Positions 34,528-44,170 of a stretch of DNA of 46,624 nt are shown one piece after another. Position 1 is the first letter of the stretch; each line of letters opens with the position of its first letter. The notes below the pieces were generated by a model. The model saw nothing but the letters and a program-made list of their open reading frames with translations. It did not search any database and was not told where the DNA came from. The position numbers and the translations under genes are program-made. This stretch comes from an uncultured Chloracidobacterium sp. (GTDB lineage Bacteria; Acidobacteriota; Blastocatellia; Pyrinomonadales; Pyrinomonadaceae): positions 1-46,624 of the forward strand of contig CAZXTS010000001.1 in assembly GCA_964643745.1 (NCBI GenBank), read 5' to 3'.

Positions 34528-34934
34528 AACCTGAGATCTTGCAAAATCTGCCTGCGCTTCTGGCGGCGATGTTTACGGCGATCCTATTTATTCAATCGGG
34601 CCTCGACAAGGTGTTTGACTGGAAGGGAAATGTCGAATGGCTGACCGGGCATTTTTCAAAGACACCGCTCGCCGGAATGGTTCCGATAATGCTCGCAAAG
34701 CTGACATTGCTTGAGCTTGCGACCGGTTTGCTTAGCGCAGCAGGAGCTGTTTATCTGGTCGCCGCGGGTTCGGTCGTTTTGATCTTTTGGGCGGCGGTTC
34801 TGGGAGCCGTAACCATACTTGGGTTGTTCTTCGGGCAACGGTTGGCGAAAGATTATGCGGGAGCGGCCGTTCTCGTGCCCTATTTTATCTTACAGTTGAT
34901 AATTATTTATCTAACAAATCCCTTCACAAAATAG
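34524..34934 (+). CDS. DoxX-family membrane protein
   Basis: 136 aa with 4 TM. 'ILFIQSGLDKVFDW' resembles the DoxX N-terminal motif. Confidence 0.6.
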   Translation: MKPEILQNLPALLAAMFTAILFIQSGLDKVFDWKGNVEWLTGHFSKTPLAGMVPIMLAKLTLLELATGLLSAAGAVYLVAAGSVVLIFWAAVLGAVTILGLFFGQRLAKDYAGAAVLVPYFILQLIIIYLTNPFTK

Positions 34935-35377
34935 CTTTCGGCTAAACATTGTTTTGAAGTAGTGTTTGGCAACCGCTCAAAACGGAACCAGGCGTAGTAG
35001 CCCTCGTCCTTTCCTTTTCCAGTCTGCGATCCGTGCTCAGGGTTGGTGCTTACGCTTCTAAGGTGAACACGGTAATCTCCGATCACGACACTCTTTTTCT
35101 CGCCATCCGATGCAAGTTGGGTAGTCATAGCCACCCCGCTATCGGCTTCTATCGTTACTTCTATCACAACGCGGCCGGCCCATATGCACTGAGCGTCAGG
35201 CGGGCAACGCGAATCCTCAACAACCGAAACAAAATTCACACGGATGCCTGAGGTCGCGGAGCGCTCAGTTTCGCCAAGCCTAACTTTGATCGATCGATCG
35301 GTCTGTGCCATTGATCCTGATACAGCGAAAAGCAGAATTGATAATGCGTATACCAAAGCGTGAAGCACTTTTATCAT
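34907..35377 (-). CDS. Secreted hypothetical protein
   Basis: Signal peptide 'ALSILLFAVSGSMAQ'. It is beta-rich with a Cys pair (CPPDAQC). The 3' end overlaps the DoxX gene by 28 nt. Confidence 0.5.
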   Translation of the reverse strand: MIKVLHALVYALSILLFAVSGSMAQTDRSIKVRLGETERSATSGIRVNFVSVVEDSRCPPDAQCIWAGRVVIEVTIEADSGVAMTTQLASDGEKKSVVIGDYRVHLRSVSTNPEHGSQTGKGKDEGYYAWFRFERLPNTTSKQCLAESYFVKGFVR

Positions 35378-35452
35378 ATTAAACCCCAGCGGGATGAGCC
35401 CGCTACACTTGGATTGCCGTTTAACTTAAGGCGTTGCAAAAGCAATTGCGGG

Positions 35453-36475
35453 TCAGGCTGCCGCTCCGCCCGAGGCTTTAAGTTTATCGATGATCGCCGA
35501 GGCGAAATCCGCAGTGTTCGTTGTGCCGCCCAGGTCACGAGTCAGATATTTGCCGTCAGCAAAAACACCGAACATCGCTTTCTCGATCCGCGAAGCGGCG
35601 TCCGTTTCACCGATGTGTCGAAGCATCATAAGGCCTGACATCAATATCGCCGTCGGATTCGCAATCCCTTGGCCGGCAATATCGGGGGCAGAACCGTGAA
35701 CAGCTTCGAAAACGGCACCCTGCTCGCCGATATTCGCTCCCGGTGCAAGCCCGAGCCCACCGATCAAGCCTGCGCACAGGTCAGATAAAATATCGCCATA
35801 TAGATTTTCCATCACGAGAACATCAAACTGTTCGGGCCGCATCACAAGCTGCATACAGCAATTGTCGATGATCTTGTCGTCGGCTTCGATATCCGGAAAA
35901 TCCTTTGCCACATTGTAGAAACATTCAAGGAAAAGCCCGTCCGAAAGCTTCATGATGTTTGCCTTGTGAACGGCGGTCACTTTCTTTCGGCCATTGTCGC
36001 GGGCAAATTCAAATGCATATTTTGCGATCCTTGTGGAAGCTTTTTCCGTGATGACCTTTAGGCTTTCGACCACGCCCGGGATGACCACGTGTTCAATGCC
36101 CGAATAAAGCCCTTCGGTGTTTTCACGGACGATGACGAGATCGAGCTCAGGATAGCGGCAAGGGACGTTCGGTAGAGCTTTTATGGGACGGACGTTTGCG
36201 TATAGGTCGAGTGCTTTTCTTAGACCGACGTTTACCGAGGTGAAGCCCTTTCCGACCGGTGTCATTATCGGGCCTTTCAGCGCAACGCGGTTCTCGCGTA
36301 TCGAACCGATCGCGTCGTCGGGGAGCGTCGTGCCGTATTTTTCCTGTGCCTGCGCGCCCAGAATGTGTGTTGACCATTCAACCTTGACGCCTGCTGCTTC
36401 GATTATTCTAATTGTGGCTGAGGTTATTTCCGGGCCTATGCCGTCGCCCGGGATCAATGTGATCTTGTGTGTCAT
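35453..36475 (-). CDS. icd: NAD-dependent isocitrate dehydrogenase (IDH3-like, isocitrate/isopropylmalate dehydrogenase family)
   Basis: The start is set at the ATG at 36475 (MTHKITLIPGDGIGPEI). From memory, it is near-collinear with mitochondrial IDH3-alpha: 'LDLYANVRP', 'IVRENTEGLYSGIEH', 'VTAVHKANIMKLSDGLF', 'NLYGDILSDLCAGLIGGLG' and 'HGSAPDIAG'. Confidence 0.85.
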   Translation of the reverse strand: MTHKITLIPGDGIGPEITSATIRIIEAAGVKVEWSTHILGAQAQEKYGTTLPDDAIGSIRENRVALKGPIMTPVGKGFTSVNVGLRKALDLYANVRPIKALPNVPCRYPELDLVIVRENTEGLYSGIEHVVIPGVVESLKVITEKASTRIAKYAFEFARDNGRKKVTAVHKANIMKLSDGLFLECFYNVAKDFPDIEADDKIIDNCCMQLVMRPEQFDVLVMENLYGDILSDLCAGLIGGLGLAPGANIGEQGAVFEAVHGSAPDIAGQGIANPTAILMSGLMMLRHIGETDAASRIEKAMFGVFADGKYLTRDLGGTTNTADFASAIIDKLKASGGAAA

Positions 36476-36520
36476 ATGTGTATTAGTCCAAACGTTTATC
36501 TTATAATAAATCTTCATTTT

Positions 36521-37651
36521 ATGGACGCAATTGTCATTGGCGGCGGCATAATCGGCCTTTCTATCGCAAGAGAGCTGCACAAAACCGGAATGCGAAAGAT
36601 CGGCGTGATCGAAAAGGGCAAGCTTGGCCGCGAAGCTTCGTGGGCTGCGGCCGGTATGCTTGCGCCAAATGCCGAGGCAGAAAAGGCAGATGATTTTCAC
36701 AGATTTTGTTGCGCGTCGAACGAGATTTACCCGGAATTTGTCAATGGATTAGCAGAGGAAACCGGTGTCGCGATTGATCATCGCAAATGCGGGACGATAG
36801 AGATCGCATTGACGGAAAGTAATGCGGCCGATCTTTCCGAAAAGTTTGCGGTGCAAACAGGACTTGGATTCAATGCGGAATGGTTGAACCTGCAAGGCAT
36901 TGACCGGCTCGAGCCGAAAGTCACGAAAGCAGCGATTGCCGGAATTCATTATCCTGAGGACGGATATGTCGATAACCGTAACTTGCTGGAGGCTCTGACG
37001 CATTATGCCCGAATCAACGGCATCGAGATCATTGAGAATTGTGCCGTCGAATCGGTCACGATTCAGGATGAAAAGATCGTCGACGTTACCGCGGACGGCC
37101 GCACCTACGAAGCGGATATAACTATACTTGCAACAGGAGCTTGGTCGTCGCTCATCAAAATCGGAGGTCGGCCACTGCCGTGGAATGTCAAACCGATCAA
37201 AGGCCAGATGATCGGATTTGCAGATGCTTCACTGGCCTTGCGAAAAGTGATCATTGCTCCGGGCGCATATTTAACGCCACGAAGCGAAGGACGAATTTTG
37301 GTCGGTGCGACGGTCGAAGATGTAGGGTTCGACAGAGAAATGACCGAAACAGCCATCGAAGGTTTAAGCAAGGCGGCAAAGCGTGTCTTGCCCGTTTTGG
37401 ATCGGCACGAGATAAGTGAAACCTGGTGCGGTTTTCGTCCGTTTACCGCAGATACGTTGCCGATAATCGGCGAGATCGATGGATACGAAGGGCTGTTTGT
37501 CGCGACTGCCCATTATCGCAACGGCATTTTGCTTGCGCCCTTGACTGCAAAGATCGTTGCGGAAAGTATCGTGAAAGGTACTGAGTCGCCGTATTTCAGA
37601 TCCTTTGGACCGAGCCGGTTCTTGAAAACAACACGGGCCGGAACAAGATAA
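36521..37651 (+). CDS. thiO: FAD-dependent glycine oxidase ThiO-like oxidoreductase
   Basis: The start is at the ATG at 36521. Dinucleotide fold 'DAIVIGGGIIGLSIAREL', and 'ATAHYRNGILLAP' is typical of ThiO/DAO-family enzymes. The substrate assignment is tentative. Confidence 0.65.
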   Translation: MDAIVIGGGIIGLSIARELHKTGMRKIGVIEKGKLGREASWAAAGMLAPNAEAEKADDFHRFCCASNEIYPEFVNGLAEETGVAIDHRKCGTIEIALTESNAADLSEKFAVQTGLGFNAEWLNLQGIDRLEPKVTKAAIAGIHYPEDGYVDNRNLLEALTHYARINGIEIIENCAVESVTIQDEKIVDVTADGRTYEADITILATGAWSSLIKIGGRPLPWNVKPIKGQMIGFADASLALRKVIIAPGAYLTPRSEGRILVGATVEDVGFDREMTETAIEGLSKAAKRVLPVLDRHEISETWCGFRPFTADTLPIIGEIDGYEGLFVATAHYRNGILLAPLTAKIVAESIVKGTESPYFRSFGPSRFLKTTRAGTR

Positions 37652-37654
37652 CCA

Positions 37655-39073
37655 ATGAAGTCACTTTTTTTGCTGCTAATTTTGCTAGTCCTGTTCGTTG
37701 CAGTCGCGGACGGGCAATCGAGGCGTGCGGTCGGAACCCCGCCAAATGCGGCCGCCACCGAGAGTGACCGCTCGATCAAGGAAATGTTCGATGAAGCCAA
37801 CGAATATACGCGCGTAAAATTTGCCGAATACGAGCAAAAGAAGGTGCCGTATAGCGAGCAGCTTCGGATAAAGACCGAGAGCGAACGAAAGCAATTGGCG
37901 GCCAAATATGCGGCGATGGCTCAGGCTCGCGATCCGAAAGAAACTGAAGATCTTTACTACGCAGGAATGCTTCATTGGATCGCCGAGAATTTGGACGGCA
38001 CCTCCATAATGCTGAGCCGATTTCTTGAAAGCGATCCGGCTCCGGCAGACCGTGCGCAGGGATCTCGTGCAATTCTTGTTTTCGCTTATGCCAAGCTGGG
38101 AAGGATCGACGATGCGATCAACCGGCTAGCAGATTATGAGCAAAAGGGCCCGATCAAACCGAGTGAAACATGGCGAATGAATGCCGAGGTAGCGAAGGCA
38201 TATCTTTCGATCAAGGGGTTTTCGAGCGCTGAGATATATTCGAAGAAAGCATACGATGCGGCAAAGAAACTGATAATGGAGCCGGGCTCGCGGGTGAATC
38301 CCTTAGACGCTGCTCTTGATACGGGAATGCTGTTGTTCGAAGCTCGTCGTTCGCAGGGCAGGATCGCTGAAGCGGATGCGGCATTGGATGATATGCGGCA
38401 AACGGCTGCGTCGATCAAGAATGCGTCGTTTTATTACTATGCTGCGGACAAACTGATCATCTACATGATCGAGACGGGACGAAAGCCGCTGGCAATGGAG
38501 ACATATCTTGAATCTCTTATCAAGGCGGGAAAGGACATTGCGGTTCGCGAAGGCCGCAATGAGGCGATCGAGCGACTCAAGAACCGCAAGAAACACTATG
38601 ATCTGCTAGGCGAACCGGCTCCGGACTTGATCAATATCGATCAATGGTTTCCGGGCGAGGCGACGACTCTTCGAGCTCTCAAGGGAAAGGTCGTCTTGCT
38701 CGATTTTTGGGCGACCTGGTGCGGCCCTTGTTTCGATGCTTTCCCACATCTTCGCGAATGGCACGAGGATCTCTCGGATAAAGGCCTGGTGATCCTCGGC
38801 ATCACCCGCTATTATGGCCACGCGGAAGGTTTTTCTGTCGATGAACCGAGCGAGATTAATTTCCTCAAGCGATTTCGTCAAAAATACGCATTGCCGTATG
38901 ATTTTCTGATAACAAAAGATTCAAGGCTTCATTCGCTCTACGGGGCCGGGAATCTTCCGACAGCTGCTTTGATCGACCGGACCGGACGCGTAAGGTATCT
39001 GGAGACTGGCTCAAGTCCAAGTCGGATCGAAGATATGAGAATGATGATGCTTAGGCTTCTTGACGAAAAATAG
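37655..39073 (+). CDS. Secreted TlpA-like thiol:disulfide oxidoreductase with N-terminal TPR-like helical domain
   Basis: Signal peptide present. The C-terminal thioredoxin fold has 'VVLLDFWATWCGPC' (CxxC). The ~320-aa helical N-domain has no further motif. Confidence 0.75.
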   Translation: MKSLFLLLILLVLFVAVADGQSRRAVGTPPNAAATESDRSIKEMFDEANEYTRVKFAEYEQKKVPYSEQLRIKTESERKQLAAKYAAMAQARDPKETEDLYYAGMLHWIAENLDGTSIMLSRFLESDPAPADRAQGSRAILVFAYAKLGRIDDAINRLADYEQKGPIKPSETWRMNAEVAKAYLSIKGFSSAEIYSKKAYDAAKKLIMEPGSRVNPLDAALDTGMLLFEARRSQGRIAEADAALDDMRQTAASIKNASFYYYAADKLIIYMIETGRKPLAMETYLESLIKAGKDIAVREGRNEAIERLKNRKKHYDLLGEPAPDLINIDQWFPGEATTLRALKGKVVLLDFWATWCGPCFDAFPHLREWHEDLSDKGLVILGITRYYGHAEGFSVDEPSEINFLKRFRQKYALPYDFLITKDSRLHSLYGAGNLPTAALIDRTGRVRYLETGSSPSRIEDMRMMMLRLLDEK

Positions 39074-39076
39074 CCG

Positions 39077-39733
39077 ATGGCGAGAAATGGCGCCGGTAAG
39101 AAACCGGTGAAGACACAAAATTTTTACGACCGGATCGCGGAGGTGCACAACCTTGCTCTGCGTGTAAATGGCTATCGCGCGTCTGTTGCAAAATATTTTC
39201 GTTCGCTCGATCTCGGCATAACTTCAGATTCGATCGTTTTGGACGCCGGTAGCGGGACCGGCATTGTGACTCTCGGTTTCGCGGATGCGGGATTTACGCC
39301 AAAGCAGACGATCGCCTTCGATCTTTCACACAAATCATTAAAGGTCGCAGCAGAACAGTTCGCCAAAAGACGCAGATCGCCAAAGCATCCATTTGCCGCA
39401 GTTCAGGGAAACGTTTTGAAGCTGCCATTTGCGGACGAAACATTTGACATCGTACTTTCCTGCGGTGTTCTCGAATATGTTTCGCTTGACGGCGGTCTGA
39501 AAGAGCTTGCACGCGTGACGCGCCCGGGCGGAAAGCTTGTCTTCATTCCGGTTAAGCCATCACTGGTCGGCTCCGTGCTTCAGTTTCTCTACAAGTTCAA
39601 AGCTCACAATAAGGAACTGGTAAAAAAGACGGCTAAGAAATATTTCAAACTGGTCGGAAACCATGAGTTCCCGCTGAATGAACCAATATCTTGGTCAAAG
39701 ACCATCTTCCTGCTCGAAAAGCCCTCAAAATGA
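39077..39733 (+). CDS. Class I SAM-dependent methyltransferase
   Basis: Motif I 'VLDAGSGTGIVT', post-I 'AFDLS' and motif II/III 'FDIVLSCGVLEYV...LARVTRPGGKLVF'. Confidence 0.8.
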   Translation: MARNGAGKKPVKTQNFYDRIAEVHNLALRVNGYRASVAKYFRSLDLGITSDSIVLDAGSGTGIVTLGFADAGFTPKQTIAFDLSHKSLKVAAEQFAKRRRSPKHPFAAVQGNVLKLPFADETFDIVLSCGVLEYVSLDGGLKELARVTRPGGKLVFIPVKPSLVGSVLQFLYKFKAHNKELVKKTAKKYFKLVGNHEFPLNEPISWSKTIFLLEKPSK

Positions 39734-40515
39734 GACCACTTATCATTGCTCATCGCGGGGCAAGTGCTCACGCGCCTGAGAACACTATCGCCGCCTTTCA
39801 GAGGGCGATCGACATCGGTGCCGATGGCATTGAGTTCGACGTCCGTTTGACGAAAGACGGCGAGCCGTTCGTTTTTCACGATCGCACACTAAAGCGCGTT
39901 GCCGGCATTGAAGATCAAGTGATCGATATTTCGTCCGCAGATCTGGGATCGATCGATGTCGGTAAGTGGTTTGACCAAAGATCAAAAGAAAGTGCCAACG
40001 AAAGCTTTGCAGGGGAGCGAATTCCGAGCCTTGGAACGACGCTTGATCTTCTTAAAGATCACACGGGCACTATCTATATTGAACTCAAGGGAAAAGACCA
40101 GAACATTACCGATCTGGCTCAACGTGTTGCCACCGAACTGAAAAAGCGAAAGCTGAAGGCAGAGATAGTCGTGAAAAGCTTCAGACTTTCAGCGATACCC
40201 GTGATCAAATTACTTTTGCCCGATGTTCGGACCGCCGCACTTTTTGCACCAAAGATCCGAAATATCCTTAGAAAGGAAAAATATCTTGTTCAGATCGCCG
40301 AAGATATCGGCGCGGATGAACTATCCGTACACTGCATGCTGGCGACGAGAAAACTCGTCGAAAATGCGACTCGTAAAGGTATTCCCGTCGCGATCTGGAC
40401 CGCCGATAATCCCAGATGGGTGAAACGGGCGATAAAGCTCGGGATCAAGGCGATCATTACAAATGATCCGGCCCGGCTGATCGATCGAAGAAATAAATTG
40501 CTTTACGGTGACTGA
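39730..40515 (+). CDS. Glycerophosphodiester phosphodiesterase
   Basis: The start at the ATG at 39730 overlaps the preceding stop (ATGA). 'IIAHRGAS..APENT', 'GADGIEFDVRLTKDGEPFVFHD' and 'IWT' are GDPD hallmarks. Confidence 0.85.
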   Translation: MRPLIIAHRGASAHAPENTIAAFQRAIDIGADGIEFDVRLTKDGEPFVFHDRTLKRVAGIEDQVIDISSADLGSIDVGKWFDQRSKESANESFAGERIPSLGTTLDLLKDHTGTIYIELKGKDQNITDLAQRVATELKKRKLKAEIVVKSFRLSAIPVIKLLLPDVRTAALFAPKIRNILRKEKYLVQIAEDIGADELSVHCMLATRKLVENATRKGIPVAIWTADNPRWVKRAIKLGIKAIITNDPARLIDRRNKLLYGD

Positions 40516-40524
40516 AGCCCCCGG

Positions 40525-41184
40525 TCATTTTCGGGTAAACTTCCCGTCCTTCCAGCTTAATTCGTATATCTGACGCCCTTTTTCGCTGATCTCAAATTCT
40601 TCGGTCCGTTCGGTTACCTTCTTTTCAAAGACCTTCATCGTCGTCCCGAAACGAGGCAGTTCGTACCAATTCTGTTTACTGAAATCGGGAACAACATCGG
40701 TCGAAACGTCGATCCATTTTCCGCCCGAATAGTCCAGGAAATAAAAATCGTTCATCATTTCGGCAAAGGTCGCAACGCCGACCAGATATGTGTCGTCGGG
40801 CCGTTTGAAGATCGCCATTTCGATACAGCTCTGGGCACCGTCACAGCCGCCTTTGAAATAACCATTCTTGATGTCCTCGACCTCGGTAAACGTCTTAAGG
40901 TATTCCGTCCGCGCCTTGCTGCAATCCTTATCAATGTCGCGGTCGCAGCCCTCGAGCGTGAAATATTTCTCAGGCAGCAGGCGAAAGAAATCGACAACGG
41001 TTCGCGGGGAATTCTGAACAGGTTTGGCTCCGGCAGTCTCAGCCTGCGCGGCAGATCCGCCCTCGGATGTGGCGACCGGGCCTTGTGAATTCCCCGAAAT
41101 GTTGACCTGTGCGTGTTCGGTCTTTGGCTGATTGCATGCGGCCGCGCAGATGCTAAACAAAGCGATCAAAAATATCGTTCTCAT
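40525..41184 (-). CDS. Lipoprotein, unknown function
   Basis: Lipobox 'LFSICAAAC' at the N-terminus. No further motif is recognised. Confidence 0.55.
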   Translation of the reverse strand: MRTIFLIALFSICAAACNQPKTEHAQVNISGNSQGPVATSEGGSAAQAETAGAKPVQNSPRTVVDFFRLLPEKYFTLEGCDRDIDKDCSKARTEYLKTFTEVEDIKNGYFKGGCDGAQSCIEMAIFKRPDDTYLVGVATFAEMMNDFYFLDYSGGKWIDVSTDVVPDFSKQNWYELPRFGTTMKVFEKKVTERTEEFEISEKGRQIYELSWKDGKFTRK

Positions 41185-41191
41185 AACCTTT

Positions 41192-42715
41192 TTATTCCTC
41201 GATGGGTTTTGGCGTCGTGCGCCCGTAAAGCTCCGTCATAGCCCGAAGCCGTTCGCCGATCTCCTTTGTCAATTCGCCGTCATTTAGGCGCCAACTCCAG
41301 TTGCCTGACTGGGTCGCCGGTTTGTTCATTCGGCTGCCTGTGTCCAAGCTCAAAATGTCCTGCACAGGTACGATGGCTGTATCGGCGACCGATGCCCATA
41401 CGGCACGCGTTAGATCCCAACTGATATCTTTGCCGTTGGTCCCAAGGTACTTGAGGCAATGTGCCCGCGGGCCATTCTTGTCTTTTTTATCTAGCGAACG
41501 CCACCAGCCGACGGTCGTATCGTTGTCGTGCGTTCCCGAAAATGCTACGCAATTCTGCACATAATTATGCGGCAGATCGCGATTGAAAGCATCGCCGCCA
41601 AACCCGTATTGCAGGATCTTCATCCCCGGAAAACCGAAGTGGTCGCGAAGCTGTTCGACGTCTTCGGTGATGTGTCCGAGATCTTCGGCAATGAACGGCA
41701 AACGGCCAAAATGCCTGTGCAGCGTTTCAAAAAGCTCGCGGCCCGGAACATTTACCCATAAGCCGTTCTCGGCCGTTTCATCTCCGCCGGGCACTTCCCA
41801 ACTTGCGGCAAATCCGCGGAAATGGTCAATGCGGACAATGTCCGCTAACCGAAACGCGAATTCGGCACGCGCAACCCACCAACCGAAACCTTGTTCCCGC
41901 AGTCGGTCCCAATCATAGATCGGGTTTCCCCAAAGCTGTCCGGTCGCCGAAAAATAATCGGGCGGGACGCCCGCGATGACACGCGGCCTGCCATCCGCAT
42001 TCAGCTTGAACAATTCGCGATTACACCATACATCTGCCGAATCGAGCGCGACAAAGATCGGTAGGTCGCCGATCAACATCACGCCTTTTTCATTCGCATA
42101 TCTTTTTAGTTGCCGGCACTGGCGAAAGAAAAGGAATTGGCGAAACCGCTCAAGTTCGAACTGTTCGGCAAGCTGGTCTCGGATAGCGGCCATTGCACCG
42201 GCTTCGCGAAGCTTCAGCGTTTCGGGCCATTCATACCAAGGCCTATGATCCTGAGAGGCCTTTATCGAACGAAAGAGGGCATAGTCGTCAAGCCACCACC
42301 GGTTCGTATCAATAAAATCTGCGAATTCCTTTTGTAGCTCCGCCGTGCCGCTTTCCTTGAAATTGGCAAACGCCTTTTGGAACAGAGAGGCTTTCCATTC
42401 ATATGCAGCACCGTAATCGACGCGTCCCGTGGGAAAACCCGTTGATAGCTTTATGTCTTTCGCCGTCGCCAAACCTTCTTCGATCAGCAAATCAGGCGAG
42501 ATAAGCAGCGTGTTCCCGGCAAAGACCGAGAATGACTGATATGGCGAATCGCCGTAACCCGTAGGCCCAAGCGGCAGCATTTGCCAATATCTTTGGCCTG
42601 ATTCTACAAGGAGATCAACGAACGAAAACGCCTCGGGGCCGAGGTCGCCGATGCCATATGGGCCGGGAAGCGAGGTCGGATGCAGCAGCAGGCCGGATGC
42701 TCTGGGAAACTTCAT
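41192..42715 (-). CDS. malQ: 4-alpha-glucanotransferase (amylomaltase, GH77)
   Basis: The start is set at the ATG at 42715 (MKFPRASGLLLHPTSLPGPYGIGDLG). 'GDSPYQS', 'IGDLPIFV', 'RIDHFRGF' and 'GTHDNDT' are GH77 signature blocks. Confidence 0.9.
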   Translation of the reverse strand: MKFPRASGLLLHPTSLPGPYGIGDLGPEAFSFVDLLVESGQRYWQMLPLGPTGYGDSPYQSFSVFAGNTLLISPDLLIEEGLATAKDIKLSTGFPTGRVDYGAAYEWKASLFQKAFANFKESGTAELQKEFADFIDTNRWWLDDYALFRSIKASQDHRPWYEWPETLKLREAGAMAAIRDQLAEQFELERFRQFLFFRQCRQLKRYANEKGVMLIGDLPIFVALDSADVWCNRELFKLNADGRPRVIAGVPPDYFSATGQLWGNPIYDWDRLREQGFGWWVARAEFAFRLADIVRIDHFRGFAASWEVPGGDETAENGLWVNVPGRELFETLHRHFGRLPFIAEDLGHITEDVEQLRDHFGFPGMKILQYGFGGDAFNRDLPHNYVQNCVAFSGTHDNDTTVGWWRSLDKKDKNGPRAHCLKYLGTNGKDISWDLTRAVWASVADTAIVPVQDILSLDTGSRMNKPATQSGNWSWRLNDGELTKEIGERLRAMTELYGRTTPKPIEE

Positions 42716-42871
42716 AGTTTCCGATACTTTATCAGCCAAGCCTGCAATTGACCACCAAAACAGGAATATTGGATCGGGATCTGATCGGCAACTAATATCA
42801 GCTGCGATATCGTTCAGGAAGAGAGGTCCGCGTTCTCGCAATGTGCATTTACGCGCTATGCCTTTCAGAAT

Positions 42872-44032
42872 TTATTGGATTCGGTATGCCTTCGCTTTCC
42901 AGACCACGACTACGGTTCCGTCGAGGCTCTCGGCGATTGTGCGTACTTCGCGGTCGAGGCCGTGATAGTCATCTGTGTTTCGGCGGACGATAGTCGTCGC
43001 CTGATTTGAATATGCGGCGTCATACCAAACGCCGGAGCGTTTCGTAAAGGTCTTGCTGCCGATTGTCCGCGTTGCGGTGGGTACCGGTGCTGAACGTTTT
43101 GCTGCGCTTCGACCTAGCTCTCGTTCCATATTTCGGTTCTCGTTCCGCATCGGCCCGGTAGTCTGGTCGTTCACCGTCCCGGCCCCGCGTGTCGTTTGGG
43201 TTGGGATCGTCGCTTCGGCAACCCTTGCCTTTTCGTCGTCGCGCTCACGACGAACGTCTTCCGCACCGGGGGCGGTATCTTTAGGGAGCGACATCGGAGC
43301 TGCGGCAGCGGGCGGAGGTGGCGGTGCCGGCTGCGTCGATCTCGCCATATCAGCGCCGTCAAGCGAGAAACCAGTGGCCGCTTCCGGAGTGGCAGCGGGT
43401 TTTGCTGTTTCTCCAGCTGAACCGACCGAAACTTCACCTAACGCAGGATCTTTGACTGCGGTCGAAGCATTCGAATTCGCCGCCATCGGCATCGAACTTG
43501 CCGCATTTGCAGTTGCATTGGCTGGTGCCGCGTTAGCCGAATACACAGGTGATTCCACCGCATCGGTCTGTTGAGCTAGGCTTCGATTCGAAGCATTCGA
43601 TGCAGCCATTTCGCCGCCAAGCCCGCCTGTAAAAATAGTAAATGCGAAAAATCCCGTAAAGAGAACCAACAGGGCACCCATTCCGAACGCCAGATTTCGC
43701 ACCGCGAACAGATTCTTGTACCAAGGAATACTCGTTTCGACGATCGATGAAATAACTCCATCAGACGAAACGGCGGAAACAGGTTCCGCCTCGGCATTCA
43801 ACGCAACTAGCGAAGAAAGCGTTTTCCGACACCCGTCGCAATCCGCCAGGTGCGTCATATAAAGCTTTCGCGACGCTAGCGGCAGAGCGTTTTCTGCAAA
43901 CGCCGCAAGCTCGTCCGCGTCGATGTGCGGTGCGGAAAATTCACTTATCGTGATCGTCCGCCCCCGGCCATCTTGCCGCATAAGAGCATCTATTTCTTTG
44001 TCGAAATCCACTTCCATCAGTTTAAAGCTCAC
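42872..44032 (-). CDS. Membrane-spanning anti-sigma factor (zf-HC2 / ZAS type)
   Basis: H-x3-C-x2-C motif 'HLADCDGC', a single TM (LAFGMGALLVLFTGFFAFTIF), an Ala/Pro-rich linker and a C-terminal extracytoplasmic domain. It lies downstream of the sigma gene. The start is either the GTG at 44032 or the ATG at 44017. Confidence 0.7.
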   Translation of the reverse strand: MSFKLMEVDFDKEIDALMRQDGRGRTITISEFSAPHIDADELAAFAENALPLASRKLYMTHLADCDGCRKTLSSLVALNAEAEPVSAVSSDGVISSIVETSIPWYKNLFAVRNLAFGMGALLVLFTGFFAFTIFTGGLGGEMAASNASNRSLAQQTDAVESPVYSANAAPANATANAASSMPMAANSNASTAVKDPALGEVSVGSAGETAKPAATPEAATGFSLDGADMARSTQPAPPPPPAAAAPMSLPKDTAPGAEDVRRERDDEKARVAEATIPTQTTRGAGTVNDQTTGPMRNENRNMERELGRSAAKRSAPVPTATRTIGSKTFTKRSGVWYDAAYSNQATTIVRRNTDDYHGLDREVRTIAESLDGTVVVVWKAKAYRIQ

Positions 44033-44170
44033 CGCTGAGACGCAAAGTCGCCGAGAAATACTTACAAGTCATTCAAGACCATGACCTTCACGAAAAACCC
44101 GCCTTTTTAACTCTGCGTCTCGGCGCCTCGGCGGTGAAGCCGGTTCTGTTCGGCCCAACTAAAGAACGGT

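Noticed and set aside
36476-36520. TPP riboswitch upstream of the thiO-like gene.
   Set aside because: Only 45 nt separate the divergent icd and thiO-like start codons, too short for a ~100-nt THI element. No CUGAGA/ACCUGAUCUGGAUAAUGCCAGCG-type core is present.
35453-36700. N-terminally extended ORF versions in the track. These are icd from 36700, malQ from 42841, phoX from 21061, ybaB from 28605, mscL from 24271, bactofilin from 25059, the GDPD gene from 39691, thiO from 36467, and the ORFs starting at 8157 and 8713.
   Set aside because: The extensions overlap neighbouring genes or divergent starts, have atypical composition, and precede internal starts. Those internal starts align with the conserved family N-termini or signal peptides, several with good SD sequences. 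The shorter coordinates are reported instead.
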